DNA from: a virus
Taxonomy: Duplodnaviria > Caudoviricetes
Direction: 5' to 3' (one strand)
Length of the DNA: 64,000 nucleotides
Virus record (IMG/VR): IMGVR_UViG_3300032233_002657
Coordinates: 117,490 to 181,489 of that record
A program made the position numbers and the translations under genes. This document shows, piece after piece, positions 19,279-28,604 of this stretch. Within the stretch, counting starts at the first letter, position 1, and the number at the start of each line of letters is the position of its first letter. Under the pieces are notes generated by a model that did not search any database, was not told the origin of the DNA, and worked only from the letters and a program-made list of their open reading frames with translations.

Positions 19279-19882
19279 GTCTATTGGTCTTTCTCAAAAG
19301 GTCCATTATACCAGCTGCTTTTTCAGCAATCTCATGTTTAGAAAAACCTGCTGTCTTTGGGGCTGGTGCTGGTGCTCCAGCGGAAGGATCTCCGCCTTGA
19401 GGCTGAGGTTTACCTTGTGAAGAGTCATCTTTATTCTGGCTTGGGGCTTCGTCAAGAATGTCATGAGGAAGGTTTATGCCTAGGGAAGAATATAGATGGG
19501 TTAACAACTTTTGAATACGGCGCATAAACATTTCAGTGTTCTGCCCGTTATCTGATTTCTTTCCAGCTCCTTTGTTTCCCTTTACTTCAGCTAGAGCTGT
19601 CTGCAGTTCAGACTTAACTACAGCTCTAATTTGTTCAGTAGGGTCTTCTGGAGGAGGCGCGCCCCCCATCATAGAGGGATCCATAGGTGGTGCTCCCCCC
19701 ATCATAGAAGGGTCCATAGGAGGCTGACCGCCCATCATTGATGGGTCCATAGGTGGTGCGCCTGGAGGAGCACCTCCAGCCATAGCCGGGTCCATAGGAG
19801 GTTGGCCGCCGCCCTCAGGGGGCATGAAGGCCGACTTGATGCTCAATTGAGCCTGCTTTAATAGATACTTATTAATTGCCAT
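19268..19882 (-). CDS. Pro/Met/Gly-repeat protein
   Basis: Leader ...LKQA..IKSA, then four PPMDP[AS]M[AM]GG repeats. Confidence 0.6.
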   Translation of the reverse strand: MAINKYLLKQAQLSIKSAFMPPEGGGQPPMDPAMAGGAPPGAPPMDPSMMGGQPPMDPSMMGGAPPMDPSMMGGAPPPEDPTEQIRAVVKSELQTALAEVKGNKGAGKKSDNGQNTEMFMRRIQKLLTHLYSSLGINLPHDILDEAPSQNKDDSSQGKPQPQGGDPSAGAPAPAPKTAGFSKHEIAEKAAGIMDLLRKTNRHDS

Positions 19883-19934
19883 GATAACTCCTAGACACTA
19901 TGGGTTGCTTACATTAAGGCCGCAGTAGAGTACG

Positions 19935-20564
19935 TTACTCGTAGGGCGCTACTTTATTTGGAGTTTTAGGTTTTGCTTTTTTCCCGCTGATACCTTGTAT
20001 TCTGTTCTTCTCTGCATCAGGGTCTGTAAGATCTGAACCTGCAAATGAAGGTTTAGTAGGTTTATCGCCTTTTCTAGAAATTTGATTGGTAGTTGGCTTA
20101 GGTACTAAATCATTAACTATACTTCCGTCTTCGTCTTTTGTAGTTCCAGCTCCTAAACCTATTTCACCGCCACTATTAACTTTGTCCTGCATGGCATTCA
20201 TAAAGCTTCCAGCGTATGGGCTTACAGGAGCTTTAGGACCGAGAAGACGTTTTAAATACTCATTTCCAGTTCCTGCTAGATCCACTCCAAAGTGTTGAGC
20301 ACCGGCGCCACCTAAGCCGCCTACAGCGCCACCACCTACAGCACCAGATAAGAGACGAGATATAACACCTTGCTCGCTGTCGCCAAATAAAGCATTGCCA
20401 AGCCCGCCTACTAAGGCACCGCCGCCAGCCCCAAGGAGCCCGGCCTGAAGCCTAGGGTCCAAGCCGTTGTAAGCGTCCATGTACCCGCTTGCCTTATACA
20501 TGCTTCCAGTTTTGTTACCCAAGTACTGAGCTAACTCTATAGCTTTATTGTTTTGGTACTGCAT
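19935..20564 (-). CDS. Glycine-zipper protein with leader-like N-terminus
   Basis: NKAIELAQYLGNKTG resembles the family-A leader; GAGGGALVGGLG...GAVGGGAVGGLGG hairpin. Confidence 0.55.
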   Translation of the reverse strand: MQYQNNKAIELAQYLGNKTGSMYKASGYMDAYNGLDPRLQAGLLGAGGGALVGGLGNALFGDSEQGVISRLLSGAVGGGAVGGLGGAGAQHFGVDLAGTGNEYLKRLLGPKAPVSPYAGSFMNAMQDKVNSGGEIGLGAGTTKDEDGSIVNDLVPKPTTNQISRKGDKPTKPSFAGSDLTDPDAEKNRIQGISGKKAKPKTPNKVAPYE

Positions 20565-20656
20565 CTTGCTCTCCCATGTAAAATAAAATACTTATATAAG
20601 ACTATAACTTACTACTTACGCCCTTAGCTACCTCATTATTTAAAAACAGTGTGTAA

Positions 20657-23600
20657 TCAAGGCTTAGCGGGAGCCGAAGCCGCTTGGTTTGCCGGGGTAG
20701 GTTTGTAAAAACTATCTACGCCTCTAAGGCCTCCATAAGCCCCCAGGCCCATGCCCGTTACCGAACCTAAATCCCTGATAAGCTGATACCAGTCTTTATT
20801 TTTTTTAAGGCTATCCTTGGAAACAGTAGACTTTAATATCTTATCCGTGAGCCAATCGCCTCCTAGCATACCGGCAAACCCGCCGCCTACTAAGCCAGCC
20901 CCGTGCTGCATAGATTTAATTCCAGTATACTTCAAGGCATCTTTGAGGTCCTCGTTTCCTTCTTCTGTAGCAAAAGGAACTCTAAATTGCTGTAGGATCT
21001 TATGAGCTAATGATTTAGTCTCGTCATTTACGGTTGTGGTTCTAAGTATCGGCCGGCCTTTTTCATCAAGCTTAGTTTCAGTAATAAGCGGCTGAGCATT
21101 TCTTAGAGCTTCGGTTTCTTTTGGGCCCATAGCAGTAGATTCTGGATGCGACTGGCTAAGTTCATCAAGAGTAGGTTTACGTGTTACCTGCGCCCCAGAC
21201 ACCGAAATCTTTTTGTCGGTGTTTAAGAATGGGGCTTTAAAAGCTTCAGTAAACGACGCGACAGGGTTAGCGTTAACGGCTAGTTGGGCTTGAGTGTGAG
21301 GCATATACGCCCACCTTATTCCTGAAGAAACGCCATCTTGAGCCAGCGACGTAATCCCTGGCATGTTTACAGCTCCGGTTCCTAGGATAGCAGCGTCTGT
21401 AAGAGGGCTTGGGCCATACATGTGTTTTTGCACAGCTACAGGCTGTGCTTTTCTTAAAGCATCATACTTTTTGTACTTTGTAGCAATTGAAGGAAGCCCG
21501 GTCGTGTATGACAGTAGGGTATTCCCCGCAGTTTGTGAAAGCACTCTATCCCAGTCAGTCTGCTGTTTGCCTGTATTATAACCTCTAGATGGAGAGACAG
21601 GGTCAAAGCCTTCTTCGCCGGCTACGGGAAACGCTTGTTGCTTAGGGACTACTCCTCCAAGATACTGGGCCCCCGTTAATCCTGTACCAAAAGCAATGTG
21701 CTTTGCAAGTGACTTGCCCCCATTGTACCAGGTAGAACCTAGTAAAAGTGACTTAGCCGCATCTACAAATCCTGCTGCTTTAACCGCGGTAGAAGGCCTG
21801 AGTGCATGGACCGCTGCTGCGACACCGGCGGCGCCTCCGCCTATTTCTCCTACTAGCTTTAACCACCACCTTCTATCTTCTTGCCTTCTTCTATCATCAT
21901 ACTCATCTCCCTCTTCGTCGGGAAAAATGTAATTTGCTATTCCGCCCATAGCCCTATTGCCTAAATAAGAACCGGCTAGTCCCCCGGTTACATGCGGTAT
22001 TAAAGCTTTTCCTAAATCCTTTAAGCTAGGGTCTGCAACTTCGTCTCCGCCTAGTGACTTTATAACATGGTTTGCAGCAGGCACTATGTATTCTTTATGT
22101 GCTTTGGCGGCATATTGAGCAGCGTTTGCATTCGCAGTGTCTATCATTTTTACAAGAGATTTATTGCCGTAGAAATCCCCTAAAGATTTAAAAGGAGTTT
22201 GAATCCACTTGTCTACTTGTTCTTTTTGTCTGGGGTCTCTAGCTCTAGCCGCAAATTCTGAAACGTCTCCTTGAGTCTTGCTTACGTACTCACCGTAGGC
22301 CGGACCAATCCCCGAACCAAATATTCCATTCTTGTATTCCGGAGCCATTATGCCATGTCTAATTATTCCAAAACCCCCTAAGCCTGACCCAAGTGATCTT
22401 ACTGGAGCATTCCAGACCGCGGTACCGGCTCTAGGAGTGGCCATAACCGCTCCCCATAGCGCAGAGTTAGCCTTAGATTTTTCAAGGGTATGCTGGGGTA
22501 CATTCGGGTACACTTTCTTTTGGTAAGCGTCTTCAAGATTATATCCAGCAGTTGCGCCAAGGGCCATCCGCCCAGCCGTAGTAACAGAAGGTAAATAGGG
22601 TTTTATAACATCTAAGAGACCTGATGATTTTTCAATCCCGTTATTACTTTTAATTTTATTGCTACCGACTTCTTTTAATATATTAAGGAACTGCTCATTC
22701 AGCTTTTGCTTACGATCAGCGGCGTTTATTAAATAGTCATCCGTCGCTGGTAATGGGTCAGCTTTTATACCTACGTTCCTTAAAAAGGATCTTAATCTAC
22801 CTGGAGCCGTTCGGGCTATGTATCTCTCTATTAAAACTTTACGATCTTCAGGGGCTAAGTGCTCATGGCTATCAAACCTAAGCGCCCTGCCTTCGCTTTG
22901 GCTGCTTCTTGCTGTGTTCCAGTGTGGGTCTAGAAGTTGAACTAACTTGGTGCCTTTAAAAGATAACCCTTCGGTACCGGACGGTCCGAGAAGAGCAACT
23001 TTAAGTTTATCTGTGTTGTAGTCGTCTACTAACTTCTTTCTTTCCTTGTCAGATAAGTTGCCTGTGAACGAAGCTGCGGGTATACCAGCTTTATTAAGCG
23101 CATCTTGATAGGGGGATAAACCAGCGTCTATAAAATTAGAGAACACTAAGGCCTTGCCTTGTGGGTCTTTTTCAAAGAGTGATTTTAGGTTGCCAAGAGC
23201 TGCGGTAAGTTTGGGAGACTGCTCAAACGCCTTTGAAACATCTTTATTGCCGCGCATGAACGGAAGAGTAGATAGACCGACCTGCCTTAGACCAGTCATA
23301 AAGCTGGTCATCTTTGTAATTTCATCTTGAGTCAGCGGATAGTTCATCTTTAGCTTCCACCTGAGCACTGTAGGAAGTTGCCCCATCATGTAGCTATTAA
23401 GGTCGGTCTGGTCCCTGCCCATCTCTACTACAACGTCTTTTCTATTTATCTCAGCCTTAGGAGCCAGCGGGGCAAAGTAATCAACCTTATCCTTTAATTT
23501 ACTTTTTAGCTCGTCCTGATTTATAATAGCTGGCTCTTCCGCTGAGGAATCAAATAAGGCTTTATACCAAGGCTTATCAGGAATTTCATCTACGTATCTT

Positions 23601-24145
23601 TTACTAAACTCTTCAGGAGTTACGCTATCTCCAGTAAGAATGTTATAAGGAACCGAGAAGTCGCTCGGGTCGTTTACTACTGGGGTTCCTGTAAGAAGTA
23701 CGACCTGCCTAGCTTTACGGGCAGCTTCCATAAGGTTCTTAGTCTGGGAAGATTTTGGGTTTCTAAACCTATGAGCTTCATCTACTAATATGGATTGCGG
23801 GTTTGCGATCTCAGTTCCGTTACCTACGGCAGTGTGACTCATAACGCTACTAGGAGTTGCCGTTGCAGGATCTATAAACCTTTCTTGTTCTTTTCTAAGG
23901 TTGTTACGCAGGGCTGCGGGCACTACGGCTGTGTAAGGTATCTTAGTGGCGTCAGCAGCGGCTAACCCGCTAAGGGTCTTGCCTGATCCTAGGCTGTGAT
24001 AAAGAAGCAGCCTCGCTTTGTTCTGTGTGTCTAACTGCTTTTGGACTTTGTCCACTACTGCCGTTTGATGCGGCTGAAGCGTTATACCGGGCTGTAATTC
24101 AGCCTGCTTCAATACTTCCAACTCGTTCGATAAAGGAGTGCTCAT
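20657..24145 (-). CDS. SNF2-like SF2 helicase/translocase fused to two Gly-rich membrane-like modules
   Basis: HSLGSGKT (motif I), LVDEAH (II), LLTGTP (III), GTEGLSF, DPHWN and QSEGRALR (VI) in about the first 500 aa; the remainder has Gly-rich hydrophobic helices. Confidence 0.85.
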   Translation of the reverse strand: MSTPLSNELEVLKQAELQPGITLQPHQTAVVDKVQKQLDTQNKARLLLYHSLGSGKTLSGLAAADATKIPYTAVVPAALRNNLRKEQERFIDPATATPSSVMSHTAVGNGTEIANPQSILVDEAHRFRNPKSSQTKNLMEAARKARQVVLLTGTPVVNDPSDFSVPYNILTGDSVTPEEFSKRYVDEIPDKPWYKALFDSSAEEPAIINQDELKSKLKDKVDYFAPLAPKAEINRKDVVVEMGRDQTDLNSYMMGQLPTVLRWKLKMNYPLTQDEITKMTSFMTGLRQVGLSTLPFMRGNKDVSKAFEQSPKLTAALGNLKSLFEKDPQGKALVFSNFIDAGLSPYQDALNKAGIPAASFTGNLSDKERKKLVDDYNTDKLKVALLGPSGTEGLSFKGTKLVQLLDPHWNTARSSQSEGRALRFDSHEHLAPEDRKVLIERYIARTAPGRLRSFLRNVGIKADPLPATDDYLINAADRKQKLNEQFLNILKEVGSNKIKSNNGIEKSSGLLDVIKPYLPSVTTAGRMALGATAGYNLEDAYQKKVYPNVPQHTLEKSKANSALWGAVMATPRAGTAVWNAPVRSLGSGLGGFGIIRHGIMAPEYKNGIFGSGIGPAYGEYVSKTQGDVSEFAARARDPRQKEQVDKWIQTPFKSLGDFYGNKSLVKMIDTANANAAQYAAKAHKEYIVPAANHVIKSLGGDEVADPSLKDLGKALIPHVTGGLAGSYLGNRAMGGIANYIFPDEEGDEYDDRRRQEDRRWWLKLVGEIGGGAAGVAAAVHALRPSTAVKAAGFVDAAKSLLLGSTWYNGGKSLAKHIAFGTGLTGAQYLGGVVPKQQAFPVAGEEGFDPVSPSRGYNTGKQQTDWDRVLSQTAGNTLLSYTTGLPSIATKYKKYDALRKAQPVAVQKHMYGPSPLTDAAILGTGAVNMPGITSLAQDGVSSGIRWAYMPHTQAQLAVNANPVASFTEAFKAPFLNTDKKISVSGAQVTRKPTLDELSQSHPESTAMGPKETEALRNAQPLITETKLDEKGRPILRTTTVNDETKSLAHKILQQFRVPFATEEGNEDLKDALKYTGIKSMQHGAGLVGGGFAGMLGGDWLTDKILKSTVSKDSLKKNKDWYQLIRDLGSVTGMGLGAYGGLRGVDSFYKPTPANQAASAPAKP

Positions 24146-24148
24146 GGG

Positions 24149-27100
24149 TTACCCTACTATTACGACTTTATCGTTTGCGGATATTTCGCCTGCCTTGTAG
24201 GCACGTACGGCGTCCATCTTTGTTTTGAAGTATTTTTCAGGTCGCTTAGACGCTTCAGAGGTAGCCGTGTACAGCCCACCCTGGTACTCGTTCATAGGAA
24301 GCTGATGAACTTTGAAGTTTTTTACGGCAAGAAGATTACGGCTGGGTAGCATCTTTTCTAAAGCATCTTTAACAGACTCATCAGTTGTGGGCACATGGTA
24401 GTTCATGGCGTCGCCATCAAAGTCTGCTCCGAACCCTTTAACTATAATAGGAGGAACTTGAAGAGTACTTCCTTTAACAAGCTGAGGCCTAAACGCCATA
24501 ACCCCGTAACGGTGAAGCACTGGAGCTCTTGTTATGATTACAGGTCGAGCATCCATTTCTGCAAGCATTGCATCCATGGCCATCTTGTCTTTACTTTCTA
24601 TAAGATCGGCTGCTTTAAACCGATCCACTCCTCGTCGAATAAGCCTTCTCATGATAAAGGGTTTATACACAGCCCAAGCTCTGTCTTCCGGAAGGCCAAC
24701 TTGATCCATGTCTAAGTCTGGGTTTGGAGTAATAGCCGCTCGGCCAACCATGTCCACGTTAGAGGCTAACAGCTTTCTTTGAAGCACTCCAAACTTAGGG
24801 TTATCTCCAAATACTTGTTTTAATATTCCTTTTACGTTCTTTTGTTCTAGCTTAGGGTTACTAGTATCGGCCATGCCGGTTACGCCCTTGAAAGAGTCGT
24901 ATACAGCCAGTCTATGATCTGACAAATCTGTAAAATGGTTGGATGCTTCCTTCATCTCAGAGTTAGAATCTATGAGCTCCTTATAAAGGTAGTTAGCATC
25001 TCCTACCATAGGAAGGCCGCTGCTCTGCATTATGCTGACTGGCCTAAACAAAGGAGGAAGCACTGGCACTTTATCAAGAACCCAATCAGAGGGGTGCATT
25101 CCCAGATCCTTAGACGTTTTAAGATACCCTAGCTTTCTAACAGCTGTGTCTCTGTAAGACTTTTTACCTGACGCTATCTGCGCTCTAGCTTTTAGTATCT
25201 CCTGATCGACGTTCATCTTTTTAAGGGCCCCAGATATAGCTCCTGGCCCTTTAATTCCATTTAGCTCTTCTCTGCCCGCTAGCACATCCCTAAACTTATT
25301 CTCTGTTAATCCTAATACTCTGCGTATGGGCTCTTCCATAACTGGATTAGGCATAGGTTCATGCAGCTTTATGTGGCTCCACATAGTGCCGCCGTGGCCA
25401 CCAGTTAAAGTAGGGTCAAACAGGCCCCCGCCTACAGGCTTCATGCTGCCAGACCAATCAACTGTATCTGATCTTGTAATCTCTCTAGTACCAGACAAAG
25501 AATCGACGTCTGCGCTGGTCATAGCCATAAGCTGCGTCTTAGAACCTTTACGCACAGGGTTGATTCCGGCTGCCTGAAGCTGGGACATGAATTTACGATA
25601 GGTCAAAGGAACTCTTGGTATGGGCAGAGGCTTACCAGTCATGAACGCAGCCCAGTAGTCTTCGTTTTTCTGACCTCGAATAGCTCCTGCATCTCTTAAT
25701 ACTTCGTGGGCTCCGTGAGAAAGAAGCGCGTTGACGTCCATAAGGGCCATACGCTTTGATCCTGTCTCTCCACCTTTAGCAGGAGTTTCTTCAGCTGTGT
25801 ACCCGCTGGATACTCCTCTACCTTGGCCTTTTGATTCAGAGGTGTGATGCAGCTTCATAAAAAATCTGTTACCAGTGAATATACCTTTTATCTTTCTCCC
25901 AGTGTCGGGGTCTTCTATATCTTCCATATCGCTTAGATTATGCTTCTTTAGTTCGTTGATCGCATACTCTGTAAGATCCTCTATGTTATCAAAGTCTTTT
26001 ACGGCATACCTTTTACCCGTCTTCTCGGATATCTTGCCTAAAGCAGCTTCCACCATTTGGCCAGGGTTTGTACGAGTGATGATACCTAAGGGATTGAGCA
26101 GAACCTCAAAAGGTCTGCCGTCCGCTCCTTTAGGCATTTTGTCGTCTGGGACTACGGTGGATATTACACCTTTGTCGCCGTATCGTCCTGACAGCTTATC
26201 CCCTTCCTTCATAGGGACAAGACTTTTTACACTTACTGCATAACCTTTCTTAGTAGCAGTAACATCGGTGACTATTCCCTCATTCTCGTGATCCCAAGTT
26301 ACGCTGGCATCGTTAAAGCCAGTCCTAGATCTACCCACTTGTTGATTGTGCGCTCTAGATAATATGTTGGCTTGGAATATTAAAGGGTCGCCGGTTCGTA
26401 CGACGGTGCCTGGCTTAACTACTCCATTGTCATCCATGTTGCCTACATGTTCTTTGGTGTAGTTAGAAGGGAACAACGTAAGAAAAGCTCTTTTGCCTTG
26501 CTTAGTGTCTGGGCCAAACTCAGTTTCATGCTGGTACATATGCTCTGAAGTAAGCCTTTTTGCTGCCCCTTCTGATATGACTATGGCATCTTCAAAGTTG
26601 AAGCCTTTATAAGGTATGTAGGCAGTTCGTAAGTTAGTACCTAAAGCAGTAGTACCTTTATCATCGGTGTAGTTTGACTTAGCCAGAAGGTCGCCTTTGC
26701 CGACTACGTCCCCAACAGACACTGAAGGCGTGTTGTGAAGAAACGTCTTTCTGTTAAACGGAAGATTGTTATAAAGCTCGGTCTTATGAAGCTGGCCATC
26801 TTCTCCGCGTATGTGAATCTCGTCCCCGTCAACCTTTATGACTTGGCCCGCGTTCTGAGATCTAACTGCGCCCATATGAGAGCCATACTCTTCTTCGTAT
26901 GACTTATCTTCTTCATCGGGCATACCAGATTGGACGTAAGGCGACTGAGGGTTCTGCAAGGGCAGGGCCTGAGTAAGCATTCTCGCGCCCATCATTACGC
27001 GCTGGCCTTTAGTGGCGCTTTTTAAAGGTATAAGATTAGCCAATTGATTAAACGAGCTTTCCATTCTGGGTAGCTCATAGGCTACTTCGTCCCTGTTGAC

Positions 27101-28603
27101 GTATTTTATTTTACCGCCTGAAAGAGCCGCTATTTTAATGTTATTAGGGTCTCTTAGCTGATTAGGGAATGCTACTATCTCCTTGGTCATTTCTTCTGGA
27201 GTTCTCCACACATCCTTATTAGTGGAGACGTCTCTAAAGCTGCCGTACACCTTACCATCTAAACCTTTACGGGAGTTGATGGCGATGCGGCTGTCCACGC
27301 CTACCTTTAATGACTCTGGAGTAAGCAGAGGGTCAATAAACCCAAAGTGAGAAGGCTGCACGTTTCTAGCTTCTTCAGGAACTGACTGCAGGGATGGTAT
27401 ACCGCCTTCACCTAGTCTGGTTACTCTTGTAATTTGATTTAGTAAATCAGCTGGATTTACTTCCTCAAGAGGCTGCCCCATTCCGCTGGTAGAGATAGCT
27501 CCGTTTACATGGGAGTCTAGAAACCCAGGGGAGAACGAGCTTAAATTTTGCTTGAAGCTAGCCTTCCAAAGCAGAGGTCGCATAACTCTGTGAGAGGACC
27601 TAACTCTTTCAGAGAATAAATCTTCAGGCCCTATCATCGATTGATAGGCCATGGCATCTCTGTCGTCTGGGTCTGACTCTCTTCTGTGAACAGCTAATAT
27701 CTTTTTAGTTGCAGCTAGAATTGAGTCGGCTGAGACATTCTTATACGGCTGCCCAAGAGTTTTAAAATTAACGTCGGGGTCCATCTCCATTTTGGCTATG
27801 GCGTCTAATACAGACTGCTTTCTGCTTTCTGGAGTAACTATGTCGCCTGGTTTAGACTTACCGATCTTACTAAATATCTTTTCCATGTGCTGCGGGTCAT
27901 CAGTGGAGGCATTAGAGTTATATATGTCATTACCCCAAGCTTCCCGTAGCTGCTTATCAGACGCCCCTAAAGCTTTTAGAAGAGGAGTTATGGGTACAGA
28001 CGACTGTCCAAACTTTATAGAGAATACGCCCTTTTCCGGATCCAGCGCATATTTATGGGATGCTCCTTTTCCCGGCATAATGTTAGCGTGGCTTTCAACT
28101 TCGCCGCTGTGCGTTATTCTTGTAAAGACTCCAGGCTTAAGCCTCATTTGATTGGCTAGAGTGTATTCTGTGCCGTTAAGAATGAAAGTACCTCTATCAG
28201 TGAGATAGGGTATTTTAGCCAAGGTTGTTCGTTTGCTTTCTATGATATCGCCGGTAACACTGTCTGTGAGGTTAAGCGTGCCTTTAAGGCTTCTGTTTAG
28301 CGTCTGGCCTTTAAGTATAGCTTCCTTCTGCGCTTTTATAGATTTGGTTTCTTCGTTGTCGCCCCACCCTACATCTGTAACACTAAGCGTGTGCCTTTGA
28401 TTTACAATAGGTTCAAATTTAGAGGCAGTGGCTAGAACCCCGCCAAATATAGCGGATCTAGTAGCTTTCATGTCGTCAAACTTACGCATGGTTGGGTCAG
28501 CCATGGGCGCAAGCGGCATGGGCGCAAGCTTTGGCGGCGAGCTCAGCGCAGGAGTTGAAAGAACTCCTAAAGAGCTATCGTTATCTGGTAGAACTCCAGC
28601 CAT
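24149..28603 (-). CDS. Phage multisubunit RNA polymerase: beta fused to beta' N-terminal half (catalytic)
   Basis: Beta motifs GTFILNG, GFNFEDAI, GDKLSGRYGDKGVIS, LLNPLG..RTNPGQ, MKLHH; then beta' motifs GLFD, VPVLPPLFRP, TRAPVLHR and catalytic GADFDGD (24410-24430). Confidence 0.92.
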   Translation of the reverse strand: MAGVLPDNDSSLGVLSTPALSSPPKLAPMPLAPMADPTMRKFDDMKATRSAIFGGVLATASKFEPIVNQRHTLSVTDVGWGDNEETKSIKAQKEAILKGQTLNRSLKGTLNLTDSVTGDIIESKRTTLAKIPYLTDRGTFILNGTEYTLANQMRLKPGVFTRITHSGEVESHANIMPGKGASHKYALDPEKGVFSIKFGQSSVPITPLLKALGASDKQLREAWGNDIYNSNASTDDPQHMEKIFSKIGKSKPGDIVTPESRKQSVLDAIAKMEMDPDVNFKTLGQPYKNVSADSILAATKKILAVHRRESDPDDRDAMAYQSMIGPEDLFSERVRSSHRVMRPLLWKASFKQNLSSFSPGFLDSHVNGAISTSGMGQPLEEVNPADLLNQITRVTRLGEGGIPSLQSVPEEARNVQPSHFGFIDPLLTPESLKVGVDSRIAINSRKGLDGKVYGSFRDVSTNKDVWRTPEEMTKEIVAFPNQLRDPNNIKIAALSGGKIKYVNRDEVAYELPRMESSFNQLANLIPLKSATKGQRVMMGARMLTQALPLQNPQSPYVQSGMPDEEDKSYEEEYGSHMGAVRSQNAGQVIKVDGDEIHIRGEDGQLHKTELYNNLPFNRKTFLHNTPSVSVGDVVGKGDLLAKSNYTDDKGTTALGTNLRTAYIPYKGFNFEDAIVISEGAAKRLTSEHMYQHETEFGPDTKQGKRAFLTLFPSNYTKEHVGNMDDNGVVKPGTVVRTGDPLIFQANILSRAHNQQVGRSRTGFNDASVTWDHENEGIVTDVTATKKGYAVSVKSLVPMKEGDKLSGRYGDKGVISTVVPDDKMPKGADGRPFEVLLNPLGIITRTNPGQMVEAALGKISEKTGKRYAVKDFDNIEDLTEYAINELKKHNLSDMEDIEDPDTGRKIKGIFTGNRFFMKLHHTSESKGQGRGVSSGYTAEETPAKGGETGSKRMALMDVNALLSHGAHEVLRDAGAIRGQKNEDYWAAFMTGKPLPIPRVPLTYRKFMSQLQAAGINPVRKGSKTQLMAMTSADVDSLSGTREITRSDTVDWSGSMKPVGGGLFDPTLTGGHGGTMWSHIKLHEPMPNPVMEEPIRRVLGLTENKFRDVLAGREELNGIKGPGAISGALKKMNVDQEILKARAQIASGKKSYRDTAVRKLGYLKTSKDLGMHPSDWVLDKVPVLPPLFRPVSIMQSSGLPMVGDANYLYKELIDSNSEMKEASNHFTDLSDHRLAVYDSFKGVTGMADTSNPKLEQKNVKGILKQVFGDNPKFGVLQRKLLASNVDMVGRAAITPNPDLDMDQVGLPEDRAWAVYKPFIMRRLIRRGVDRFKAADLIESKDKMAMDAMLAEMDARPVIITRAPVLHRYGVMAFRPQLVKGSTLQVPPIIVKGFGADFDGDAMNYHVPTTDESVKDALEKMLPSRNLLAVKNFKVHQLPMNEYQGGLYTATSEASKRPEKYFKTKMDAVRAYKAGEISANDKVVIVG

Positions 28604-28604
28604 T

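Noticed and set aside
11507-20592. Shared TATTTTATTTT upstream of two Gly-zipper genes as a late promoter
   Set aside because: Only two copies of a low-complexity AT string; insufficient support.
18871-22272. Weaker palindrome-like matches (GGAAACGTCTCT near 18875; GAAACGTCTCC near 22260)
   Set aside because: Too degenerate to distinguish from chance; not counted.
17135-28603. Cellular rpoB/rpoC locus or bacterial chromosome
   Set aside because: No ribosomal-protein or other housekeeping context; the subunits are reduced, rearranged and Zn-less, and sit among capsid and tail genes.
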